Positions 32,931 to 42,231 of a stretch of DNA of 64,000 nucleotides are shown here, piece by piece. The DNA is from an uncultured Bacteroides sp. (GTDB lineage: Bacteria > Bacteroidota > Bacteroidia > Bacteroidales > UBA932). Position numbers and translations under genes: made by a program. The stretch covers positions 137,475 to 201,474 of the forward strand of contig CAMCGB010000002.1 in assembly GCA_945874355.1 (NCBI GenBank), in the 5' to 3' direction. Below the pieces are notes generated by a model. That model saw only the letters and a program-made list of their open reading frames with translations. It was not told the DNA's origin and did no database searches. Position 1 is the first letter of the stretch; every line of letters starts with the position of its first letter.

Positions 32931-35573
32931 ATGGAACTTGATATCAAGTACAGCCCCGCTTCGGTGGAGCAGAAATGGTACGATTACTGGATTGAACATA
33001 AGTTTTTCCACTCCGAGCCCGACGCCAGGGAGCCTTACACAATAGTTATCCCGCCCCCGAATGTGACCGGTATTCTGCATATGGGTCACGTTCTGAACAA
33101 TACGCTCAACGACGTGCTCATACGCAAGGCGCGTATGGACGGCAAGAACGCCTGCTGGGTGCCCGGAACTGACCACGCCAGCATAGCCACCGAGAGCAAG
33201 GTGGTCGCAAGGCTCAAGGATAAGGGCATAAGCAAGGAAGACCTGACAAGGGAGGAGTTCCTGAAGTATGCCTGGGAATGGAAAGAGGAGCACGGCGGCA
33301 TCATCCTGCAGCAGCTGAGAAAACTGGGCTGCTCCTGCGATTGGGACCGCACGCGCTTCACTATGGAGCCCGAGCTTACCGAAGCGGTGATTGCAACCTT
33401 CTGCTATTTCTACCGCAAAGGTTGGATATACAGGGGAGTACGGATGGTGAACTGGGACCCTGTGGCACTCACTGCCGTAAGCGATGACGAGGTTATCCAC
33501 AAGGACACCAAGAGCCATTTCTACCACCTGAGGTACTATATCTCAGACGGAAATGGCAATCCCACCGACGACTTCCTGGTCATCGCCACCACCCGTCCCG
33601 AGACCATTATGGCAGATGCCGCGATATGTGTGAATCCTGCCGATGAGAGATATCATCACCTGAAGGGAAAGAAGGTACTTATCCCTCTGATTAATAAGGA
33701 GATACCTGTGATTGAGGACAGCTATGTGGAGATGGACTTCGGTACCGGCTGCCTCAAGGTGACTCCCGCCCACGATGTGAACGACTATGAGATAGGCCTG
33801 AGGCACAACCTGCCCGTGCTCGAAATCATAGACGACCACGGCCGTCTCAACGAGAACGCGCAGATCCTGGTGGGAGAGGACAGGTTCGCAGCCCGCAAGA
33901 AGATAGTCTCTATGCTCCAGGAGGCCGGCAACCTTGTGAAAATCGAGGAGTACACTTCACCTGTCGGATATTCCGAGAGGACGGACGCAGTAATTGAGCC
34001 CAAGCTCTCCGCCCAGTGGTTCCTCAAGATGGGGGACCTCGCCGCAATGGCCCTCGAGAGCGTGGAGAGCGGACGTATAAAGTTCGTTCCGGACAAGTAC
34101 CGCAACACCTACCGCCACTGGATGGAGAACGCCCACGACTGGTGCATCTCCCGTCAGCTTTGGTGGGGACAGCGTATCCCTGCGTACTATCTGCCTGACG
34201 GCCAGATGGTTGTGGAGGAGACCGCCGAGAAGGCACTCGAAGCTGCAAGAAAGATTGACGCGAGCCTCAAGATGGAAGACCTGCGCCAGGACGAGGATGT
34301 GCTCGACACCTGGTTCTCAAGCTGGCTCTGGCCTATGTCAGTCTTCGATCCCAAGTACCCGGGCCATCCCGAGCGCACCCCGAACAAGGACCTGAGCTAC
34401 TACTACCCGACCAACGACCTTGTGACCGCGCCGGACATCATTTTCTTCTGGGTGGCCAGGATGATTATGGCAGGAGGGGAGTTTATGAAGGACGTTCCTT
34501 TCCATAATGTTTACTTCACCGGAATAGTAAGGGACAAGCTGGGAAGGAAGATGAGCAAAACCCTGGGCAACAGCCCCAACCCTCTGGACCTGATAGAGAA
34601 ATACGGAGCCGATGCAGTGCGCCTGGGTATGCTTCTGTGCTCTTCTGCCGGCAACGATATCCTTTACGACGAGTCGCAGATCGAGCAGGGCAGAAACTTC
34701 TGCGGAAAGATATGGAACTCCTTCCGACTGGTCAGCGGCTGGAAGGTGGACGAGGCCGCAGCGCAGAGCGATGAGTGCAAGGTGGCTGTGAAGTGGTTCG
34801 ACTCCCTGCTATCCAAGACCATCGAGACTGTGGAGGACCATTACTCCAAGCTTCGCATCGGAGATGCCCTGATGGCTATCTACAAGCTCTTCTGGGATGA
34901 CTATTGCAGCTGGTATCTCGAACTCGTAAAGCCCGCATACGGCTGTGCGATAGACTCTGCTACCTACAGGAGCACTTTAGCTTTCTTCGAATCCCTTCTC
35001 AAGCTCATCCACCCTATTATGCCCTTCATCACCGAGGAGCTGTGGCAGGCTATGGAGAGCCGCGCCGAAGGCGATACCATTATGTTCCAGCCTTCGCCCA
35101 AGGCCGGGGACTACGACGAGGCTCTGCTTGAGGGCTTCGAGATGGCAAAGAGCGCTGTCGTTTCGATACGAGGCATCAGGGCTTCAAAGCAGATTTCGCC
35201 CCGCGAGCCGCTTACCCTGCACATAGACGGAGACTTCAGCGAAGAACTCCTTCCCGTGGTGCGGAAGGCGGCCAATATCAAAGAGTTCCTGCGAGGAGGG
35301 GAGACCACAGGAGCTTCGGCTTCATTCATCTGCTCAACGGTGAAGATGAGCGTTCCTCTCGAGGGTCTGATTGACGCATCAGAGGAGAAGGGCAAACTCA
35401 CTTCCGAGCTCGAGCATCAGCGCAAGTTCCTCGCTTCTGTGCGCGCCAAACTCTCGAATGAGAAGTTCACCGCCCACGCTCCCGCCGCTGTCATCGAGAA
35501 CGAGCGCAAGAAGGAGTCCGACTGCCTTTCAAGGATAGAAGCCCTCGAGGCGGCTCTCGAAGCACTTAAGTAA
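32931..35573 (+). CDS. valS: valine--tRNA ligase
   Basis: PPPNVTGILHMGH (HIGH) and KMSKTLGN (KMSKS) motifs, plus a C-terminal coiled coil. Start set at MELDIKYSP. The ORF-track start at 32637 overlaps the antisense gene. Confidence 0.95.
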   Translation: MELDIKYSPASVEQKWYDYWIEHKFFHSEPDAREPYTIVIPPPNVTGILHMGHVLNNTLNDVLIRKARMDGKNACWVPGTDHASIATESKVVARLKDKGISKEDLTREEFLKYAWEWKEEHGGIILQQLRKLGCSCDWDRTRFTMEPELTEAVIATFCYFYRKGWIYRGVRMVNWDPVALTAVSDDEVIHKDTKSHFYHLRYYISDGNGNPTDDFLVIATTRPETIMADAAICVNPADERYHHLKGKKVLIPLINKEIPVIEDSYVEMDFGTGCLKVTPAHDVNDYEIGLRHNLPVLEIIDDHGRLNENAQILVGEDRFAARKKIVSMLQEAGNLVKIEEYTSPVGYSERTDAVIEPKLSAQWFLKMGDLAAMALESVESGRIKFVPDKYRNTYRHWMENAHDWCISRQLWWGQRIPAYYLPDGQMVVEETAEKALEAARKIDASLKMEDLRQDEDVLDTWFSSWLWPMSVFDPKYPGHPERTPNKDLSYYYPTNDLVTAPDIIFFWVARMIMAGGEFMKDVPFHNVYFTGIVRDKLGRKMSKTLGNSPNPLDLIEKYGADAVRLGMLLCSSAGNDILYDESQIEQGRNFCGKIWNSFRLVSGWKVDEAAAQSDECKVAVKWFDSLLSKTIETVEDHYSKLRIGDALMAIYKLFWDDYCSWYLELVKPAYGCAIDSATYRSTLAFFESLLKLIHPIMPFITEELWQAMESRAEGDTIMFQPSPKAGDYDEALLEGFEMAKSAVVSIRGIRASKQISPREPLTLHIDGDFSEELLPVVRKAANIKEFLRGGETTGASASFICSTVKMSVPLEGLIDASEEKGKLTSELEHQRKFLASVRAKLSNEKFTAHAPAAVIENERKKESDCLSRIEALEAALEALK

Positions 35574-35594
35574 ACAATTAATACCAAGACTGTT

Positions 35595-35798
35595 ATGTTA
35601 TCTTATCCTTTGATGATAGGTTGGTGGGAGATAGTTCTTATAGCCCTTATAGTGCTTCTTTTCTTCGGCGGCAAGAAAGTGCCCGAGCTGATGAAAGGAC
35701 TGGGCAAGGGCGTGCGCAGCTTCAAGGAAGGACTCAACGAAGTGGACAAGAGCATAGAGCAGAAGTCAGACAGCGATTCCGAGAAGAAAAGTGAGTAA
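35595..35798 (+). CDS. tatA: twin-arginine translocase TatA/E subunit
   Basis: 67 aa with a single TM helix followed by [23 protein letters not shown]. Confidence 0.85.
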   Translation: MLSYPLMIGWWEIVLIALIVLLFFGGKKVPELMKGLGKGVRSFKEGLNEVDKSIEQKSDSDSEKKSE

Positions 35799-35823
35799 GG
35801 CTCAGGAGGGAGAAAGCACACAG

Positions 35824-36549
35824 ATGTCCTTTTGGGACCACCTGGAAGAGCTGAGAGGGACTCTGATCCGCTCGGCTCTGGTTCTTTGTGTGCTCACCGT
35901 CCCGGCCCTGGTATTCAAGAATATTCTCTTCAGGATTATCCTCTATCCGTGCTCGGCTTCTTTCCCCCTGTACCGCCTGATGCCCTTCAGGGCTGAACTG
36001 AATCTTATCAACATAGACATATCAGCCCAGTTCTTTACCCATCTCAAGGCCAGCCTGTGCTTTGCTCTTGTGGTAGGTATGCCGTTGGTGCTGATAGAGT
36101 TATGGAAGTTTATCAAGCCCGCTCTCTACCCTTCGGAGAAGAAGGTCCTGACCCCGGCGGCGCTTCTGTCGCTGGTGCTATTCTATCTTGGAGCCGCGGT
36201 CGGCTATTTCATCGTGCTGCCCGTCTGCCTTCAGTTTTTCCTGAACTACAGCGTCTCGGACAGCATCCAGAACACCATCAGCCTGTCGTCCTATATGTCG
36301 ATGTTCTTCTCGATGGTGCTCCTGATTGGCCTCACTTTCGAGCTTCCCATCATCATCCTGGTACTCAACAGCCTTGGGGTGCTGACTCTGCCTACGCTTC
36401 GTAAGGGGCGCAAGATTGCTTTCGTGCTGGTGCTCATCCTTGCCGCCTTCATTACGCCCTCCGATCCGTTTTCGATGTTCGTGCTCGCGCTGCCCTTATA
36501 TCTTTTGTATGAATTTGCCATTTTGCTATGCTCTCTGAAAAGACATTGA
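35824..36549 (+). CDS. tatC: twin-arginine translocase subunit TatC
   Basis: MSFWDHLEELR N-terminus and six predicted TM helices. I prefer the ATG at 35824 over the GTG at 35791. Confidence 0.85.
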   Translation: MSFWDHLEELRGTLIRSALVLCVLTVPALVFKNILFRIILYPCSASFPLYRLMPFRAELNLINIDISAQFFTHLKASLCFALVVGMPLVLIELWKFIKPALYPSEKKVLTPAALLSLVLFYLGAAVGYFIVLPVCLQFFLNYSVSDSIQNTISLSSYMSMFFSMVLLIGLTFELPIIILVLNSLGVLTLPTLRKGRKIAFVLVLILAAFITPSDPFSMFVLALPLYLLYEFAILLCSLKRH

Positions 36550-37112
36550 ATTTCGCTCTCGAAAGCGTGAACTGGACAGAATACACCGACCCTGAGTGCA
36601 GGGCCGCAGTGAGGCTGAGTGTGCAGGGCGACTCGCTGACCCTTCTCTGGGATGTGACCGAGAGTGACGTGAGGGCCGTGTGCGCGCAGGATTTCGAGAA
36701 TGTGTGGGAAGATTCCTGCGTGGAGTTTTTCGTTGCCATAGGGGACGACCCCAACTACTATAATATAGAGTGCAACTGCACCGGGAAGATGTATATGTGC
36801 TACGGAAGCGGCCGGGAGAACCGCACCAGGGTACCTCAGGCCGTGCTGGACAGCATTCCGCGCCGTTCTTCGCTCGGAAGGGAACCTTTCACTCTGAAAA
36901 GCGGCCCGCTGAGCTGGGGTCTTGAGATGAGTCTGCCGCTGTCTGCCTTTGCCTTCCACAAGATAGAGAGTTTTGAGGGCCTGAGGGTCAGGGCGAATTT
37001 CTACAAATGCGGTAATGCGCTGCCTCACAAGCATTTCCTCAGCTGGGCGGAGATCCTTACGCCCCGTCCGGACTTCCACCGTCCGGAGTATTTCAAAGAG
37101 ATAGTACTATGA
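36528..37112 (+). CDS. carbohydrate-binding family 9-like protein
   Basis: WEDSCVEFFVA...YYNIECNC resembles CBM9-like proteins. About 194 aa. Weak assignment. Confidence 0.4.
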   Translation: MLSEKTLNFALESVNWTEYTDPECRAAVRLSVQGDSLTLLWDVTESDVRAVCAQDFENVWEDSCVEFFVAIGDDPNYYNIECNCTGKMYMCYGSGRENRTRVPQAVLDSIPRRSSLGREPFTLKSGPLSWGLEMSLPLSAFAFHKIESFEGLRVRANFYKCGNALPHKHFLSWAEILTPRPDFHRPEYFKEIVL

Positions 37113-39028
37113 TTTCGATAGAGAACCTTACTGTTGCATACGGCGGTTTCACCCTGCTGGACGGCATCAGCTTCCATATCAGCGAGAACGACAAGATAGG
37201 TCTCGTGGGCAAGAACGGGGCGGGGAAGTCCACCATCCTGAAGCTCATCTGCGGCCTTCAGAGCCCGACTTCCGGACGGGTTGACAAGCCCCGGGAGCTT
37301 AGCATAGGATACCTTCCGCAGATAATGGAGCACCACAAGGGGCTGAGCGTGCTGCAGGAAGCTATGACAGCCTTCGAGGAAGGGGAGAAGATGGAGCGCA
37401 AGGTGGAGGAGATAACCGCTGAACTCTCCAGGCGAACTGACTATGAGTCAGACGAATACGCAGCCCTTATCGAAGAGCTGACTCTTCTTAACGACCGCAT
37501 AGAGCTGAGCCACAGCGAGCCTCCCCAGGTGCAGGCCGAACGGACACTCAAAGGCCTGGGATTCAAGTCCGAAGACCTTCAGCGCAACACCGAGACCTTC
37601 TCTCAGGGCTGGAATATGCGCATAGAACTCGCGAAGATTCTTCTGCGCCAGCCTTCGTTGCTGCTTCTCGACGAGCCCACCAACCACCTGGACATTGAGT
37701 CCATAGAGTGGCTTGAGGGCTACCTGAAGTCCAAGCGTTGCGCCCTTCTGCTGGTAAGCCACGACCGCCGCTTCCTGGACAACGTCACCAACCGCACTGT
37801 GGAAGTGATGCTGGGCCATATTCACGACTATAAAGTTCCGTACAGCAAGTACTTGACTCTCAGGCAGGAAAGAATAGCCCAGCAGACGGCCGCCTATGAG
37901 AATCAGCAGAAGATGATACAGAAGACCGAGGAGTTCATCCAGGCCTTCCGCTATAAGCCCACCAAGTCCAATCAGGTGCAGTCCCGCATCAAGGCTCTCG
38001 AGAAACTCGAGCGCATAGAGATAGATGAGACTGATTCTGTGCATCTTACGGTGAAATTTCCGCCTGCCCAGCGCTCCGGAGACGTGGTCTATAAGTGCAG
38101 TAATCTGACTGTCGGTTACCCCGGCAAAGTGGTGTTCCGCGGGGCGGATATTGAGATAAAAAGAGGGGAGAAGGTGGCCTTCGTGGGGCGCAATGGTGAG
38201 GGAAAGACCACAATGATGAGGGTAATCGCCTCGGAGCTGGAGCCTATCGAGGGCGAAAGCCGTCTGGGGCATAATGTGCAGATAGGCTATTATCAACAGA
38301 ATCAGGAAGATGTGCTCGACAAGAACGAGACCGTGTTCTCGACGCTGGATAGGGTAGCGGTAGGGGATATACGCACCAGATTGCGCGACCTGCTGGCCCA
38401 GTTCTTGTTCCGCGGAGAGGATATCGACAAAAAGGTCGGGGTTCTGTCGGGTGGTGAGCGCGCCCGTCTTGGTATGGCACGGCTGATGCTCCAGAGCCAC
38501 AATCTGCTGCTGCTCGACGAGCCTACCAACCATATGGATGTCAAGAGCAAAGACATACTCAAGGAGGCGCTCAAGGCCTTCGACGGCACATTGATAGTAG
38601 TTTCGCACGATAGGGATTTCCTTGATTCTCTGGTAGATAAGGTCTATGAGTTCAGGGACGGCAAGGTAAAGGAGCACATCGGAGGCATAAGTGACTTCCT
38701 GTCTTCGCTCAAGATCCAGACCCTACAGGAGCTCGAGCGCAAGGCGGAATCCCCGCAGTCTTCGTCTCAAGCCCAGGCCGCCGCGCAGAAACAGAAGGCC
38801 ATCGAACAGCAGAGGGAGCAGAAGAGCCAGAGCCGCAAGATTAAGAACCGCATCTCCTACCTCGAGTGCGAGATCGGGAAGCTGGAAGAGAGGATGAAGA
38901 CTATAGAGCAGGTGCTCAGCTCTCCAAGTGAGAAGGACGACATTATGGAGCTCACAAGGGAGTATCTGGAGTGTAAGCGAGACCTTGACGCAAAGACGGA
39001 TGAGTGGGGAGAATTAATTGATAATTAG
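37109..39028 (+). CDS. ABC-F family ATPase (two ABC domains plus a C-terminal coiled coil)
   Basis: Two Walker A sites (GKNGAGKST, GRNGEGKTT), two LSGG signatures (FSQGW variant and LSGGE) and no TM domain. Confidence 0.9.
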   Translation: MISIENLTVAYGGFTLLDGISFHISENDKIGLVGKNGAGKSTILKLICGLQSPTSGRVDKPRELSIGYLPQIMEHHKGLSVLQEAMTAFEEGEKMERKVEEITAELSRRTDYESDEYAALIEELTLLNDRIELSHSEPPQVQAERTLKGLGFKSEDLQRNTETFSQGWNMRIELAKILLRQPSLLLLDEPTNHLDIESIEWLEGYLKSKRCALLLVSHDRRFLDNVTNRTVEVMLGHIHDYKVPYSKYLTLRQERIAQQTAAYENQQKMIQKTEEFIQAFRYKPTKSNQVQSRIKALEKLERIEIDETDSVHLTVKFPPAQRSGDVVYKCSNLTVGYPGKVVFRGADIEIKRGEKVAFVGRNGEGKTTMMRVIASELEPIEGESRLGHNVQIGYYQQNQEDVLDKNETVFSTLDRVAVGDIRTRLRDLLAQFLFRGEDIDKKVGVLSGGERARLGMARLMLQSHNLLLLDEPTNHMDVKSKDILKEALKAFDGTLIVVSHDRDFLDSLVDKVYEFRDGKVKEHIGGISDFLSSLKIQTLQELERKAESPQSSSQAQAAAQKQKAIEQQREQKSQSRKIKNRISYLECEIGKLEERMKTIEQVLSSPSEKDDIMELTREYLECKRDLDAKTDEWGELIDN

Positions 39029-39034
39029 CAAGAT

Positions 39035-39949
39035 ATGAAGCGTTATATCATTTTATTATTTATATTGTTGACTTTCTTCCCGCAGACCCTTTCCGCCCGG
39101 CTGGACGAGGGGACGTTCAATGTGAGTTGCACTATGTTCTACGAGTTGAATGTCAGCGGGGATTTCGAAGTCGAGATTCATCCTTCAGACAGCTCTTCGG
39201 TGAGCGTCAGCGTTAATCCTGCTTTTAAGGATTATGTGGTGCTTGACGAGTCTGAAGGGGTGCTGAGCCTCTCTTTTGCTGAGCAGGATATGAGCGCAGA
39301 GAAAAAGAGGGAGTTCAAGAGCCTGGGTCCGAAGGACCTTGTCTTCAAGGCTGTCGTTTACACCTCGGCTCCTCTGAGTTCAATCAATCTGGAGGACAAT
39401 GCCTGCCTGACTGTCTGCCGCTCTGTGGCGGACAGCAGTTTTCTGAGCATCAGGGCGAGCGACAATGCAAGCGTCAAGCTTGACACTCTGGTCTCCTCGA
39501 AGGTGCTTCTGGACTTCTCGAAGAAAGCATCCGGAAGCCTGTTTGTGGCTGCCCGGAGTCTGACTGTAAATGAGGGCGGATCCGCGAAAGTGAGTCTTGG
39601 CTACAGCTGCGAGAGTTGCGAGCTGAACCTCGGAGCGAACTCTTCGATAGAGTCTGACGGGCTGAGTTCCGACCTTGGCGTGAGCTCCCGCGGCACTTCG
39701 AAATTGACTTTGGCGGGGAAGAGTCTCAACTCAAAATTCGAGATTTCCGGCTCGTCTTCGGTAGCCGCCCTGGACCTGGAAAGCATCGATGCACAGGTAA
39801 AAATGAGTAGTCTTTCGAGCCTGAAACTCTTCTGCAGGGATAATCTTCAGTTGGATTTGAGCTCCGGTTCTACCCTTGGCTTCAAAGGGACTCCGCGCAT
39901 CGAAATCATACAGGTAAAAGCCTCGAATATCACTCCTCTGGAGGGTTAA
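39035..39949 (+). CDS. secreted beta-helix-like protein (DUF2807/head GIN-domain-like)
   Basis: Signal peptide, then repetitive S/L/V-rich ~20-aa segments. Family name is tentative. Confidence 0.35.
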   Translation: MKRYIILLFILLTFFPQTLSARLDEGTFNVSCTMFYELNVSGDFEVEIHPSDSSSVSVSVNPAFKDYVVLDESEGVLSLSFAEQDMSAEKKREFKSLGPKDLVFKAVVYTSAPLSSINLEDNACLTVCRSVADSSFLSIRASDNASVKLDTLVSSKVLLDFSKKASGSLFVAARSLTVNEGGSAKVSLGYSCESCELNLGANSSIESDGLSSDLGVSSRGTSKLTLAGKSLNSKFEISGSSSVAALDLESIDAQVKMSSLSSLKLFCRDNLQLDLSSGSTLGFKGTPRIEIIQVKASNITPLEG

Positions 39950-39982
39950 CAAAAATGTTTTCAATCATAACACTTTTGTTAA
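39946..39982. terminator. AT-rich hairpin between convergent genes (candidate bidirectional terminator)
   Basis: ttaacaaaa/ttttgttaa forms a 9-bp stem with a 19-nt loop. It spans both stop codons. Confidence 0.35.
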
Positions 39983-40464
39983 ATTGTCTGATTCTTAATC
40001 TCTTCCTCTAGAAGTCTGAGGGCGGCGTTGGCAAAGAGCCTGATGTTCAACGAACGGGATGATTTTGAGGTCTGGAAGAGCCTGGTGACCGTTCTTTCGG
40101 GCCCGCTGACGGCCATCCATACCGTGCCTTCGGGGTAGGAACCGTCCGAGCCTTCGGCAAGTCCTGTGGTCGCGACAGAGAAGGTGCTGCCGGTAATTCT
40201 TTTGACTCCTTCGGCCATCGCTGCGGCAACTTCACCGCTTACAATTCCTTTCTTGCGGACTGTCTCCCCGTCCACTCCGAGCACCTTTTCCTTGACGCTG
40301 ACGGCGTAGGATGTGACCGAGCCCAGGTAGTACTCCGACGATCCGGACACAAGGGTTATGAGGTGGGAGATTTCTCCTCCGGTGCACGACTCGGCCGCAC
40401 TCAGCGTCATTCCGCTTCCTTTAAGCAGCCGGGCTATTCTCTCTTGCACGTTTGCCTGCTTCAT
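39979..40464 (-). CDS. CinA-family (PncC-like C-terminal domain) protein
   Basis: LSAAESCTGGEISHLIT motif, 161 aa. Confidence 0.8.
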   Translation of the reverse strand: MKQANVQERIARLLKGSGMTLSAAESCTGGEISHLITLVSGSSEYYLGSVTSYAVSVKEKVLGVDGETVRKKGIVSGEVAAAMAEGVKRITGSTFSVATTGLAEGSDGSYPEGTVWMAVSGPERTVTRLFQTSKSSRSLNIRLFANAALRLLEEEIKNQTI

Positions 40465-41287
40465 ATTCGTCTTTGCTTTTTCTTATCAGTTTCAGAGTGT
40501 CGGTCACGATGCCCGGACCTTCGTGCAGAAGAGCGGTGCGTATCTCCACCAGGCTGGCGCCCCTGGTAAGAGCTTCGAGAGCGTGCTGGGGAGTGTCCGT
40601 ATGGCAGTTCGCGATTATCGGAAGCCGGCCCTTGGAGCGCTTGCTTACCCTTTCGACCTGCTCGAGGCTGCGGAGCTCGAGTCCGTCCACACTGTTCATC
40701 ATACAGTAGTCGCTCAGCCTTTCGAGCTCGGTAGGGGAAATCCTCTCCGACACTTTGATTACTATCGGTTTGTAGTTCTGCTCTCCGAGCCTGACTTCCA
40801 GAATGTCGTCGATGATGCCGGTATCAACCGACGAAGAGCTCATATCGATGACAAAGAAGTCGAAGAAGTCATAACTCAGGGTGAATGAAGTCAGATAGTC
40901 CCCGCTGATGCAAATCGACAGCAGGTCGTCCTGAGGGTCTTTCTGTACGTTGTTGATGGCTTTGCGCGTGCCCTCGGCATTGACTATAGGCCCAATCTCT
41001 GAGAAGCTAAATCCCAGATTGTTAAGGTCGTTGTACAGCTCTCCTCTCAGGTCCAGTCCGGCGCCCAGGCCCACAGGATTGTAGAACTGAAGGCCGAACA
41101 CTTCGCTCTGGAGTCCGTCCGACTTGTTGGGATGAATCCAGCGGTTGAAAGCCCTGGCCAGCGGAATCCGTCCTATAAGTTGAAAGTACCTCAGTCCCAC
41201 TCTGGATGCCCTTTCTGTGCTCATTTTCTGCACGAAGGGCTTGATGAGTATGTTATAAAGGCTCATAGCAGGCACAAAAATACTCAA
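40421..41287 (-). CDS. dihydroorotate dehydrogenase (class 2)-like protein with degenerate FMN/catalytic motifs
   Basis: FYNPVGLGAGLD parallels PyrD F.NPvGLAAGfDK. The N-terminus aligns with E. coli PyrD. The GVGGI motif is replaced by ANCHT. Confidence 0.5.
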   Translation of the reverse strand: MSIFVPAMSLYNILIKPFVQKMSTERASRVGLRYFQLIGRIPLARAFNRWIHPNKSDGLQSEVFGLQFYNPVGLGAGLDLRGELYNDLNNLGFSFSEIGPIVNAEGTRKAINNVQKDPQDDLLSICISGDYLTSFTLSYDFFDFFVIDMSSSSVDTGIIDDILEVRLGEQNYKPIVIKVSERISPTELERLSDYCMMNSVDGLELRSLEQVERVSKRSKGRLPIIANCHTDTPQHALEALTRGASLVEIRTALLHEGPGIVTDTLKLIRKSKDEYEAGKRARENSPAA

Positions 41288-41323
41288 AAACTCGCAATCT
41301 CGCTATGGAATCTCTGAAGAATG

Positions 41324-41764
41324 CTATAACAGATACTGGAAAGTGCCGTCGTCGTAGAGTACAATGATATTCTGGACCCTTCTGGTTCCCTTTTGAGCCT
41401 TGCGCTCTGCCTTGCTGAACTCATTCAGGCGGCTGGGAATGCTCTCGATAACATTCAGTTGCTCTTCGGTGCTTTCTTCCGGCAGAGAGATGGAAGAAAA
41501 CAGCTCTGGAGCTTCTTCTTTTTGCGGCTGGGCAGGCTCTTGTTTGCCCTGCGCTGCCTGATACATTTTCCCTTTGCCGCTGATGAGCCATTCGATACTC
41601 AGCGAGGGGTAGTGTTTCAGCAGGCTCTGGAGGAAGTCGAAGCCGGGTTTGTTGCGGCCTGCGAGTATGTGCGAGACGCTGGCGCGGGCCACGCCCAGTT
41701 TGTCGGCGAATTCTGACTGGGTGATACCCTCGGCACTGAGAAACTGCTGTAATCTTTTGTTCAT
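41324..41764 (-). CDS. XRE-family helix-turn-helix transcriptional regulator
   Basis: ITQSEFADKLGVARASVSHILAGRNKP HTH followed by a SIEWLISGKG block. Confidence 0.8.
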   Translation of the reverse strand: MNKRLQQFLSAEGITQSEFADKLGVARASVSHILAGRNKPGFDFLQSLLKHYPSLSIEWLISGKGKMYQAAQGKQEPAQPQKEEAPELFSSISLPEESTEEQLNVIESIPSRLNEFSKAERKAQKGTRRVQNIIVLYDDGTFQYLL

Positions 41765-41780
41765 AAAAGGGCCCTGTAAA

Positions 41781-41801
41781 TTGTAAACTAGTCTTTTACA
41801 A
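41781..41801. promoter_or_regulatory. inverted repeat TTGTAAA-N7-TTTACAA (candidate operator)
   Basis: Perfect 7-bp arms starting 17 nt upstream of the HTH gene start. The right arm overlaps the minus-strand -7 box. Confidence 0.45.
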
Positions 41802-41806
41802 AAGTA
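41799..41806 (-). promoter_or_regulatory. -7 box TACTTTTG for the HTH regulator gene
   Basis: The reverse complement of caaaagta matches TAnnTTTG. It lies about 35 nt upstream of the ATG at 41764. Confidence 0.4.
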
Positions 41807-42219
41807 AATAGAATTTTACACAAAAACAAGTTTTCCACATGTAAACAGGGGAGCGTTGTTGATAAGATGTGTAAAAATTCACTTGAAGCGACGTGTGTGA
41901 TAAATCTTTTATTATATTGATTATTAGACAATAAAAGGCATCCAATTTGTGTGAATTCAAGTTTTTCGGGCCGTCGGGGCGGGGTAGTCCCCCTCTTCGG
42001 GTAATCAAGCATATTAGGTAATTGTACTTAAATTATTGGTTATGACTATCTTAATAGATAATTTTTGGTTCTATAACTTTTGCTTATTTTACAAATTGCA
42101 ATTATTTCAGATTTGTATTGATTTTACATTGTTGATTACAATTTAACAATAAGAAATTTACAAATGGTGACACTGTGAGGGCGCTTCCGGACGCGCTTTG
42201 TCTTGTGCTCCAATTTTGT

Positions 42220-42227
42220 TATATTTG
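42220..42227 (+). promoter_or_regulatory. -7 box TATATTTG immediately upstream of queA
   Basis: Matches TAnnTTTG only 4 nt before the ATG at 42232. This would imply a leaderless or very short leader mRNA. Confidence 0.35.
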
Positions 42228-42231
42228 CGTT

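Noticed and set aside
41788-42012. Two overlapping 70-74-aa ORFs in the AT-rich spacer upstream of queA.
   Set aside because: There is no start context or promoter logic, the composition is driven by AT-rich DNA plus the GC island, and they overlap each other in different frames.
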